Assembly (NCBI GenBank): GCA_002788135.1
Contig: PFQT01000031.1
Span: 1 to 40,243, forward strand
Origin: Candidatus Yonathbacteria bacterium CG_4_8_14_3_um_filter_46_25
Lineage (GTDB): Bacteria; Patescibacteriota; Minisyncoccia; Phycocordibacterales; UBA1539
Reading direction: 5' to 3'
DNA: 40,243 bases
Under the pieces are notes generated by a model. It was not told the DNA's origin and did not search any database. It worked only from the letters and a program-made list of their open reading frames with translations. The position numbers and the translations under genes are program-made. Below are positions 32,640 to 40,243 of the stretch, one piece after another (positions within the stretch are counted from its first letter, which is position 1; every line of letters begins with the position of its first letter).

Positions 32640-34538
32640 ATGAAGATCGTAAACGTACATCCTCTTTCAAAAGGCGTTTTCAAAGAAATCCTTTCTTATT
32701 TCACCTCGAAGCCTGTCGAGGTCGGCAGTATTGTAACAGTCGAAATACGAAAGAAAAAAGTACCAGCGCTTGTGATCTCCGTCGAGGAAACGCGCTCCGC
32801 AAAGCTCGAACTTCGGAGTGCGCCATACACGATGAAAAAAATTGACGAATTCAAAGGAGAAAAATTCTATCTTCCGGAGTTTGTTGCTGCCGCCAAGGAG
32901 ACCGCGCGGTATTTCGTTGCCACTACAGGCGGGATACTGCAGTCTCTCACCCCAAAGATAATACTCCTGGAGTACCAAAAACTTCATGGCGACATTACCC
33001 CCCGACACAGCGCGGAAACCAATCTTGCACAAGAAAAGTTTCTTCTGCAGGCAAGCGATAAGGAGCGATTCGCTATTTACAAAAGCATTATTCGAGAGGA
33101 ATTCGCGAAACAATCGTCCGTATTTCTCTGTATGCCGACGATAGAGGATGTAAAAACAATCATGGACTCGCTTGAACGAGGCATTGAGGAATATACGTTC
33201 ATCCTCCATAGAGAGCTGAAGAAAAGCGAGCTTATCACGTCATGGAAAAAAATCCTCATGAAAAACCACCCTGTGCTTATCATCGCCACGAGTTCTTTTT
33301 TCTCGGTTCCGCGGTCCGATATTGGAACGATCATCGTCGACAAGGAGAATTCGCACTCATACAAAACACTGACGCGTCCATTCTTTGACATAAGAAAATT
33401 CGCCGAAATATTCGCGAAACAAGCGGGAGTAAAACTTATCTTCGGAGATATTTTCTTGCGGCCGGAAACACTCCAGCGAAGAGAGTCTGGAGAATTCACT
33501 GACTGGAGTCCGCTCAAATTCCGCTCGCTCTCAACCGCAAAACAAATACTGGTCGATGCCAAAAAAGACCGTAGCGAAGCGCCTAGGAAACAATTTCGCG
33601 CGCTCGGAGATGAGATGCTTAAAATGGTCACTGATGGAAAAGCCGAGAACGAACACTCGTTCATCTTTGTCGCACGACGCGGGCTTTCTTCCATAACCGT
33701 CTGCAACGATTGCGGTACTGTGGTAAGATGCGGAAGTTGTGATACCCTGATGGTGCTCCACAAAGGCACACAAGAAAACGTGTTCTTATGCCACAAGTGC
33801 GGCGAAATGCTGAGTGGAAGCGTAAAATGCCGTGCCTGCGACAGCTGGCGCTTGACCGATCTCGGAATCGGAATCGAGAAAGTGGAAATGGAACTTTCAA
33901 AAAAAATTCCGGGCATAAAGATATTTCGCGTTGACGGCGATTCGACAAAAACGCGCAAGGCGGCAATCGAGATGGTAAAAAATTTCTTCTCCGCCCCGGG
34001 GAGCGTCCTACTCGGAACGGAAATGGCGCTCCATTATCTCGGGAAAGAAATTGACAATGTTGGCGTTGCGAGCATCGACTCGCTTTTTTCGCTCCCTGAC
34101 TTTCGCATCGGAGAAAAGATATTCAACCTGCTTACCACTCTTCGCGCAAAAGCAACAAAACGCTTCGTAATTCAAACACGAAATGCGGAAGATAAAATAT
34201 TCGAACACGCACTGCGCGGGAATATCATGGATTTCTATCGCGATGAGATAACCGCCCGAGAGACATTCGGCTATCCACCGTTCAAAACGCTCATAAAAAT
34301 ATCCCACTTCGGCGGCGAAGGCATCGCTACACGGGAAATGGAGAAGCTCGAAACTGTGCTGGCGCGCTACAAGCCGGTGGTGTTCAGCGGCTTCGCGCCG
34401 AAACGCGGCGGTAAACGCGCGGTAAACATGCTCATCAAGCTCACCCCCGACGCATGGGTCGACGAAAACCTCTTGGAAATTCTGCGAGGACTTCCGCCTT
34501 CTTTCATCGTCAATATTGATCCTGAAGATCTGCTCTGA
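32640..34538 (+). CDS. priA: PriA-like primosomal protein N-prime with degenerate helicase/ATPase motifs
   Basis: Colinear with E. coli PriA, including the Cys-rich zinc region CNDCG..CGSC...CHKCG...CRAC. Walker A is FLLQASDKERFAIY (versus LLAGVTGSGKTEVY). The DEEH box is IIVDKENSHSY. Motif VI is TLRAKATKRFVIQT (versus GRAGRAGKQGEVVLQT). Confidence 0.8.
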   Translation: MKIVNVHPLSKGVFKEILSYFTSKPVEVGSIVTVEIRKKKVPALVISVEETRSAKLELRSAPYTMKKIDEFKGEKFYLPEFVAAAKETARYFVATTGGILQSLTPKIILLEYQKLHGDITPRHSAETNLAQEKFLLQASDKERFAIYKSIIREEFAKQSSVFLCMPTIEDVKTIMDSLERGIEEYTFILHRELKKSELITSWKKILMKNHPVLIIATSSFFSVPRSDIGTIIVDKENSHSYKTLTRPFFDIRKFAEIFAKQAGVKLIFGDIFLRPETLQRRESGEFTDWSPLKFRSLSTAKQILVDAKKDRSEAPRKQFRALGDEMLKMVTDGKAENEHSFIFVARRGLSSITVCNDCGTVVRCGSCDTLMVLHKGTQENVFLCHKCGEMLSGSVKCRACDSWRLTDLGIGIEKVEMELSKKIPGIKIFRVDGDSTKTRKAAIEMVKNFFSAPGSVLLGTEMALHYLGKEIDNVGVASIDSLFSLPDFRIGEKIFNLLTTLRAKATKRFVIQTRNAEDKIFEHALRGNIMDFYRDEITARETFGYPPFKTLIKISHFGGEGIATREMEKLETVLARYKPVVFSGFAPKRGGKRAVNMLIKLTPDAWVDENLLEILRGLPPSFIVNIDPEDLL

Positions 34539-34916
34539 CGTGCCGCACTATAATGACGCGGAAAGAATGGTCTTTTGTAGGAAAATGACCATTCCTTTAT
34601 ATCTTGCAGTCAACCTTCTAACGCAACGGATGATATACTCGCTCCGTACGAAACAAACAACCTATCGATAGCTCTCCGCCATATACCATCTCTCACTTTT
34701 CTTTCCGGGTCGTCCATCGTTGTAAGGCAACGGTTTGCCAAATCTTTTCTTTTGAACGATGATCCCCAATACTCCTGCTGGTTCAGTTCCTGTGCGTACG
34801 CCGAAAATCGATGAACGATGAGCCGGCATCATCGCGTCTCTTTTCAATATCGCCGAACGTCCGCAGGATATCTTCCTTCTTGACAGATATTTTTTCACTT
34901 ACGTGTCGTTATTAGT

Positions 34917-35234
34917 TTGTTTTCGACGCGGAGTGAACTCCCACAAACTCGCGAAAACACTCCCCCTATGATCAAACGAGTGAGCATGAGTAATTCACGA
35001 TTGATACCGACTCAAATATACTTTGCTCATCTTGCGTCCCCTTGGGAACAAAGCACGAGTGAGAACACCAGCGATCTCATTCGGCAATACACCCCCAAAG
35101 ACCCGGAGCTTGATAAGATATCCACCCGAGATATTAAACGCGTCCAGTGTCAGTTCAACGACCACCCTCGCGCCGTCCTCAATTTCTACAAACCCGATAA
35201 AGTATTTAACAAACTCGTTGCGTTAAAAATTTGA
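34917..35234 (+). pseudogene. decayed C-terminal remnant of an IS30-family DDE transposase
   Basis: IYFAHLASPWEQSTSENTSDLIRQYTPKD...FNDHPRAVLNFYKPDKVF aligns with the IS30 consensus [28 protein letters not shown]...LNTRPRKTL..TP.E.F, with substitutions at conserved positions. A further weakly similar piece (KSMNDEPAS versus SI.ERPA.) lies in another frame at about 34798-34915. Confidence 0.6.
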
Positions 35235-35858
35235 GATCGCCTAAGAACAAACCTTAAAACTCTTTCTGTCCCGCGTCTTTCACGAACCGGGCCGCTTTGC
35301 AAGCGACGTTGCTTGAAGATCATAGATGCTATTTATGGGGACAAGTGCCGCACTGTAGAGTTACCCATACCAGTAATGATATTGCGCCCCCGCATATGAT
35401 ATGATAAAAATGAATGAGTTTTTGTTCACGCGCGTACGCGCGCACAGAAGACACTTGAAATGAAACATAGAGAAAGAAGACAAGCGGCAACCATGCAGAC
35501 GGTGAAAGATGCGAGTCTTGCAGAGCTCAACATCCTCCTTGCGAACGAGCGATCCATGATCGAAACTGTCCGCGAGGAAGCGTTGCGCCGCCGTACCTTG
35601 CTTATTAACATACGGCATCAGTGGAACGGCAAAAAAACCGCTCCGACAGATAACAACTCAATGTCCCGTGCTTCCGCCAATTGACGCAGTAGCGTGGAAC
35701 TCTTCTTGTTTTGAGAAGGAAAATAATTCTAGCGCGAAGAGACATCCTCTGGTGAGGCGGCACAATAAGATCTCTCGCGCGCGCTCGCGTGGGGAAGCGA
35801 AAAGAAGTATGACAGGCATCTTTTTATCCCTCTTAATCCGCAGTGAAAATAAAGCAAC

Positions 35859-36401
35859 ATGGTTGAAATAGTGCAAAAAGAAAATAGCATATTGCGAAAA
35901 GCCACCGAAGAAGTCCCTCTCGGGGATATCACGGGCGCACAAATAAAAAAAACGCTGGCGGATATGAAAGAGGCGCTTGATTCGCAAGACGATGGCGTGG
36001 CAATCGCAGCTCCGCAAATCGGCGTTTCTCTCCGCATTTTCATCGTTTCGCGAAAAGTATTTACCATGAAAGAAAAAGACAACGAGATCGAAAAATCAAA
36101 AACAAAAAACGCCACTGGCAACAACCTTGTTTGCATCAACCCTGTCATTACGGGAACGTCAAAAAAACAATTGTGGTTGGACGAGGGATGCCTTTCAGTA
36201 CGCTGGCTTTACGGCAAAGTAAAGCGCGCGGAGAAAGCGACGATAAGAGCATACAATGAATATGGCAAGCTCTTCACCCACGGCGGAAGCGGACTTCTCG
36301 CGCAGATATTCCAACACGAAACTGATCATCTTAATGGCATCCTCTTCATCGACAAAGCAAAAGATATCGAGGAAATCAAACCGGAGAATATTCAAGATTG
36401 A
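35859..36401 (+). CDS. def: peptide deformylase
   Basis: GVAIAAPQIG, EGCLSV, QHETDHLNG motifs. Confidence 0.9.
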   Translation: MVEIVQKENSILRKATEEVPLGDITGAQIKKTLADMKEALDSQDDGVAIAAPQIGVSLRIFIVSRKVFTMKEKDNEIEKSKTKNATGNNLVCINPVITGTSKKQLWLDEGCLSVRWLYGKVKRAEKATIRAYNEYGKLFTHGGSGLLAQIFQHETDHLNGILFIDKAKDIEEIKPENIQD

Positions 36402-36746
36402 TCAACTCCTGCCGATAGTGAACAAACATCGGATATCTACGATATGATCATCGTGTCGTCTTTTTGTTTCTTTCTCCTTCCCAAAAAAATAATCACGATG
36501 ATCGCGGCGACAAACACGACGACGATGACCGATAGGAATGTAGCCGCCATGCCATATCTTGCACTGTCTGCGTCGCAACGAACGGTATATTCAGCCGTTG
36601 GCTTTTCGAGCGTATATGAGGTGAGCTAGTAATGGAAGATGCAAAAAAATCCGACAGTTGTTGAGAGCAGAACGATTACTGGCAAAGTATAGTATAAAAA
36701 ATGGTAATTAGTTTGAAACTATTCACTAAAAGTATATCATTGCCCC

Positions 36747-37613
36747 ATGAACCAAACAAACGGCAATTCTACCATCGCTTTCTTTGGCACGCCGCAGTTT
36801 GCGACAGTAGTGCTTGATGAGCTCAAAGCCGCGGGGATACTTCCCTCACTTATCATCACCCGGCCAGATAGGCCAAAAGGCAGAAATCTTGTCATGACCT
36901 CGCCGGAAGTTGCCGTGTGGGCATGGGAGAACGGCATCGAATACGTTCAACCGGAAAAGCTCGATCGAAACTTCATCGCCGGTTTGCGCCCGCGCAATTT
37001 CGATCTTTTCCTCATCGTTGCCTACGGCAAGATCGTTCCGAAAGAGATCATTGATATGCCCGCACACGGCACGCTCAATGTCCATCCATCGCTTCTCCCC
37101 CGCCTGCGTGGCGCATCACCAATAGAGTCGGCAATCCTCCTTGAAAATAAAACCGGAACGACAATCATGCACATCGACGAAGAAATGGATCACGGACCAA
37201 TTGTCGCGCAAAAAAAGGTGGTCGTTCCCGAATGGCCACCGCGCGCAAGCGAGCTTGAAGCGATACTCGCCGACGAGAGCGGAAAATTGCTCGCGAAAAC
37301 AATTCCCGCTTGGATAGCCGGAAAGATAACTCCGCGTGCGCAAGAACATGCCAAAGCAACGTATTGCAAAAAGATCGTGAAAGAAGACGGCCTAATCGAT
37401 CTTTCCGACGATCCGGAAAAAAATTATCGAAAAATTCGGGCGTTCGATAAATGGCCTCGGGCACATTTTTTCACCGAACGTCACGGGAAAAAAATTCGCG
37501 TTACCATAACGGACGCGATACTCGCAGACGGAACGCTCGTTGTAAAACGTGTTATCCCCGAAGGGAAACGAGAAATGTCGTACGACGACTTCCTGATCGG
37601 CACATCCGCGTAA
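36747..37613 (+). CDS. fmt: methionyl-tRNA formyltransferase
   Basis: IAFFGTPQFA, NVHPSLLPRLRGASPIESAIL, C-terminal Fmt domain. Follows def. Confidence 0.9.
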   Translation: MNQTNGNSTIAFFGTPQFATVVLDELKAAGILPSLIITRPDRPKGRNLVMTSPEVAVWAWENGIEYVQPEKLDRNFIAGLRPRNFDLFLIVAYGKIVPKEIIDMPAHGTLNVHPSLLPRLRGASPIESAILLENKTGTTIMHIDEEMDHGPIVAQKKVVVPEWPPRASELEAILADESGKLLAKTIPAWIAGKITPRAQEHAKATYCKKIVKEDGLIDLSDDPEKNYRKIRAFDKWPRAHFFTERHGKKIRVTITDAILADGTLVVKRVIPEGKREMSYDDFLIGTSA

Positions 37614-37731
37614 CACCACTCTCTGGCTGTTTGCTCGAAAAAACCAAGTAAGGTAGCATACGCGACAGAGTGGTGTATACGGCTGTTTCCGGAGTTTTTG
37701 GCATACCAAACCTAAAGAAAGGAAGCAAGAA

Positions 37732-38115
37732 ATGCACAGCGGCGCTATGCGGAAAGAAGCAGGAATGCGACATCATGCGCGAGCTTCGTACCGCCAAAAA
37801 TCGGACTCGATAATCGTGCAGACGGCGGAACGGCGCACCACGCGGGAGCGCATCAACAACCGACTGACGATACTCCGATTACGCGAGCGGATGGAGAAAG
37901 AAGAACCGGCGGCGGAATTGACCGGCTTCGTGCTCCACGACATCCGGAAGTTTTTTAAGGATCACCACTTGCCTCTTCTCGAACGGGACTGGAAAGTGAG
38001 CGAAGTGATCGAACTCCTTTCGTGCGAAGAGAAAGGTGCGATCCCTAGCGAGTACAAAGCGATGGTCGACAAGATCATCGAAGACGGCGAGTTTGTCGTC
38101 CGATTCACCTGGTGA
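37732..38115 (+). CDS. hypothetical protein
   Basis: 127-aa ORF with an AAAGGAAG RBS 6 nt before the ATG and a downstream terminator. Basic N-terminus. No family recognised. Confidence 0.45.
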   Translation: MHSGAMRKEAGMRHHARASYRQKSDSIIVQTAERRTTRERINNRLTILRLRERMEKEEPAAELTGFVLHDIRKFFKDHHLPLLERDWKVSEVIELLSCEEKGAIPSEYKAMVDKIIEDGEFVVRFTW

Positions 38116-38118
38116 TAA

Positions 38119-38170
38119 ATACCCCGCCCGGCGTTCTCAAAAACAGAACACAGCGCGGGGTATTTTTATT
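38119..38170 (+). terminator. terminator hairpin between convergent genes
   Basis: ATACCCCGC (38119-38127) / GCGGGGTAT (38155-38163), with an inner GTTCT/AGAAC stem, followed by TTTTATT. Confidence 0.5.
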
Positions 38171-38208
38171 GTGCTGTTCCTTGCCCTCGGTCCGTACGTT
38201 TTGTCTCT

Positions 38209-38925
38209 TTAGTAACGCTCCTCAACCGTTACCTGTTCAAGAATAATGTTTTCAAGCGGCCGATCAAACGGCGATCCGGTCGTTTTTATAATTGCTATTT
38301 TGTCTACCACATCCATGCCGGAAATCACTCTTCCAAATACCGGATGCTTGCTTGTAAAAGGTTCTTTGTCCCAATCAAGTAGAATATTATCAGCCATATT
38401 TATGAAAAATTGAGACCCGCCGCTGTTGGGACCCGCGTTTGCCATCGCTATGGTACCGCGCACATTAGACAATCCTTCCACAAATTCATCTTCTATCGCG
38501 TACCCCGGACCGCCCGTCCCCCACTGTGATTGTTTTGAACCGTCCTTGGTAAGTGGATCACCTCCTTGAATCATAAACCCCGCGATCACCCTATGAAATT
38601 TTGTTCCATTGTAAAAACCTTCTTCAGCCAACTTTTTGAAATTACCCGCGGTGATGGGGCTTTTTTCCAAAAATAATTCCACCACAATTTCCCCAAAGTT
38701 TGTTTTCATTGTTACGATCATGTTTTTATCACTTAATGTTAGAGGTGCACTATCATCTGTTGTTACGGTTGATATGAGTGGAATCAATGTATCCACGTCA
38801 ATAATATGCTGTATATAGGCATTTTGCTCTTTGGTGATAGCGCTTGCAAAATTAAGAATATACGCCGTCGTGCCAAACGCGACGAGGAGAAAGATGGCCC
38901 AATGCGCAGTATTGATTCGTTTCAT
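38209..38925 (-). CDS. membrane-anchored cyclophilin-type peptidyl-prolyl cis-trans isomerase
   Basis: ORF track 38209..38952 starts at TTG; the ATG at 38925 (MKRINTAHWAIFLLVAF) is preferred. FHRVIAGFMIQGGDP, GTIAMANAGPNSGGSQFFI. Confidence 0.85.
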   Translation of the reverse strand: MKRINTAHWAIFLLVAFGTTAYILNFASAITKEQNAYIQHIIDVDTLIPLISTVTTDDSAPLTLSDKNMIVTMKTNFGEIVVELFLEKSPITAGNFKKLAEEGFYNGTKFHRVIAGFMIQGGDPLTKDGSKQSQWGTGGPGYAIEDEFVEGLSNVRGTIAMANAGPNSGGSQFFINMADNILLDWDKEPFTSKHPVFGRVISGMDVVDKIAIIKTTGSPFDRPLENIILEQVTVEERY

Positions 38926-38932
38926 ATCTCTT

Positions 38933-39310
38933 CTACTCCTCGTTTTCGTCAAATTCTTTTAAAATTCCTTTGAGCTTCGACTCCCCTTTTTTGGTCATCG
39001 TCCGCTCCTTGCCCTTTTCCGAATTGATCTGCCGTGCCGCTTCATCTTTAATCTCGTCGATCGCCGCATAAAGATCATCCTTTTCCGAAACCGCTCGGAG
39101 CAACTTTCCTGCGATGTGCACATTGATCTCCGCACGAAAGACCTCGCCATCCTGATAGTGCTTGCTCGTTTTCCCGATCTCAACATCGGCATACACGCTC
39201 TCCGGATCTGTGACAACGATAAACTTATGAAGCCTATTCACCTTCTCCTCAACATAGGTGTTGATCGCCGGCGTAAGCTTCATATTGGTCGCCTTGATGT
39301 TTATTTTCAT
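38933..39310 (-). CDS. hpf: ribosome hibernation promoting factor (HPF/RaiA family)
   Basis: MKINIKATNMKLTPAINTYVEEKVNRLHKF, the typical sigma-54 modulation protein/S30EA start. Confidence 0.85.
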   Translation of the reverse strand: MKINIKATNMKLTPAINTYVEEKVNRLHKFIVVTDPESVYADVEIGKTSKHYQDGEVFRAEINVHIAGKLLRAVSEKDDLYAAIDEIKDEAARQINSEKGKERTMTKKGESKLKGILKEFDENEE

Positions 39311-39366
39311 ATCCTTTTATTATATCAAAACGAAAAAATACGAACAAGAGGGTACTGGAATTGTTC

Positions 39367-39609
39367 TCAACGCTCTTCCGCTTCGCACGGAAGGTCGACG
39401 GAAAGCACCTTACCCGACGAACGATGCCCGCTTATGATCCGCACTTTCCCCACCGGCACCCCAAAACGCGCCGCCACGATCTCCCGCACGCGTGTATTCG
39501 CACGATTTTGTTCCGCAGGGTCTCTCACTGACAGCAAAAGATCTCCGTTCTTCGCTTCTTCAACTCGTTCTTTTTTCGCCGATGGGTTGACTCGCACCCT
39601 GATATACAT
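39367..39609 (-). CDS. DUF167 (YggU-like) family protein
   Basis: ORF track 39367..39633; the ATG at 39609 is preferred. VRVNPSAKKERV...AEQNRANTRVREIVAARFGVPVGKVRIISGHRSSGK matches the DUF167 pattern. Confidence 0.75.
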   Translation of the reverse strand: MYIRVRVNPSAKKERVEEAKNGDLLLSVRDPAEQNRANTRVREIVAARFGVPVGKVRIISGHRSSGKVLSVDLPCEAEER

Positions 39610-39633
39610 AGTAACAGTATAAGAAAGTAACAA

Positions 39634-40098
39634 CTATCGCTTCCGCTCGTAGCGACCGATAAGCTCCGCCTGCGCAAGAATGTGCCCGCTCATCGCGCGT
39701 TCAACATCAACCTTTGTTGCACCGACCGGCAGATTAAGTATCGCGTCAAGCGCGTAGAGTTTGAAAAAATATCGATGCTCTCGATCGGGAGGACACGGCC
39801 CGTGATAAGTTGAATTCCCCGCCGTACCGATACCGGCATTGCCATCCGGCTCTTTTCCTTCCGCGATCGCCGTCGTATCGGACGGAATGTTAAACCGCAC
39901 CCAATGATTCCATATGCCATCCGCGCGTACCTGTTTAGGCACATCTGGATCGTCCATGATAAGCGCGAGTGAGCGCGTGTGGGACGACACGCCGGAAATG
40001 CGAAATGTCGGACTTATGTTCTTCCCGTCGCAGGTATGCCGCGCCGGAATTTTTCCGTTATTTTCAAAAGCGTCGCTGGTGAGCATAAGACGTTGCAT
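39634..40098 (-). CDS. YbhB/YbcL family Raf kinase inhibitor-like (PEBP) protein
   Basis: LTSDAFENNGKIPARHTCDGKNISP, LIMDDPDVP, GPCPPDREHRYFFKLYALD. Confidence 0.85.
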   Translation of the reverse strand: MQRLMLTSDAFENNGKIPARHTCDGKNISPTFRISGVSSHTRSLALIMDDPDVPKQVRADGIWNHWVRFNIPSDTTAIAEGKEPDGNAGIGTAGNSTYHGPCPPDREHRYFFKLYALDAILNLPVGATKVDVERAMSGHILAQAELIGRYERKR

Positions 40099-40179
40099 GT
40101 TTCTATTTTACCACAAAAGACGTTGCATTTACTCTCACTTATCGGTACAATACAAAAGTTCTTTTACAAAAATCTACAT

Positions 40180-40243
40180 TCCGCGGTAGCTCAGTTGGTA
40201 GAGCGCCTCGCTGTTAACGAGGATGTCCCAGGTTCGAGCCCTG
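40180..40243 (+). tRNA. tRNA-Asn (anticodon GUU), truncated by the window end
   Basis: TCCGCGG-TA-GCTC-AGTTGGTA-GAGC-G-CCTCG-CTGTTAA-CGAGG-ATGTC-CCAGG-TTCGAGC-CCTG. The last base of the T stem and the 3' acceptor strand fall outside the window. Confidence 0.85.

Noticed and set aside
34662-34898. 78-aa - strand ORF next to the IS30 relic.
   Set aside because: It lies antisense to frame-shifted IS30-like fragments, is basic and low-complexity, and has no homology pattern.
35460-35684. 74-aa + strand ORF (MKHRERRQAATMQTVKDASLAELNILLANERSMIETVREEAL...) in the scar region.
   Set aside because: No Shine-Dalgarno sequence before either candidate ATG, no family resemblance, and it sits in decayed DNA next to the IS30 relic. 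A real small coiled-coil protein cannot be excluded.
36444-36629. 61-aa + strand ORF after def. On the opposite strand, a possible 37-aa single-TM peptide (MAATFLSVIVVVFVAAIIVIIFLGRRKKQKDDTMIIS).
   Set aside because: Both are short, unsupported by homology, and lack an obvious RBS. The TM-like peptide is suggestive, but single hydrophobic runs arise easily by chance.
37613-37676. 10-bp stem ACACCACTCT/AGAGTGGTGT with a 44-nt loop just after fmt. Also the repeated GGCTGTTT motif (37624-37632, 37680-37688), as a possible riboswitch or leader for the 37732 ORF.
   Set aside because: A single stem with a long unstructured loop, no recognisable riboswitch core, and no T-tract. This is insufficient evidence without covariation data.

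Overview
This 40.2-kb window looks like a streamlined Patescibacteria/CPR-type bacterial chromosome segment. That placement is an inference from gene content and order; full-length ORFs appear under the standard code. It has two compositionally different parts.

(1) About 91-11,190 is an AT-rich accessory island directly 3' of tRNA-Glu(CUC). My spot counts of single 60-nt lines gave about 27-45% GC here. No integrase or transposase is visible in the island. It holds two modules.
- (a) 430-6122 is a candidate conflict/defence locus. An XRE regulator, three small membrane/secreted proteins and an sce7726-type PD-(D/E)xK gene lie on the + strand. They converge on a translationally coupled four-gene - strand operon: higB, higA fused to an ImmA/IrrE peptidase, a membrane-anchored small-domain protein, and a Beta-protein/sce7725-family gene. 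The Beta gene overlaps sce7726 tail-to-tail by 68 nt.
- (b) 6467-10924 is an envelope thiol-redox and methionine-sulfoxide repair module (XRE, membrane protein, anchored thioredoxin, DipZ-like CcdA-thioredoxin fusion, msrB, msrA, anchored msrB). It is bracketed by an exact 26-bp direct repeat.

(2) About 11,190-40,243 is a higher-GC core, about 50% in one spot count, mostly one long - strand gene array. It contains:
- a 6TM channel with a non-canonical selectivity filter
- a frameshifted dihydroorotate-dehydrogenase-like gene
- the dcw cluster (mraZ with upstream MraZ boxes, rsmH, ftsL-like, ftsI, murF)
- lysS and greA
- mreB-mreC-mreD-mrdA
- proS lacking the INS editing domain
- rseP, frr and holB
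- a second mreB
- murA
- a priA homologue whose ATPase motifs are degenerate
- a decayed IS30 relic
- def-fmt, a cyclophilin, hpf, a DUF167 gene, a PEBP gene and a partial tRNA-Asn

No rRNA or CRISPR array is present.
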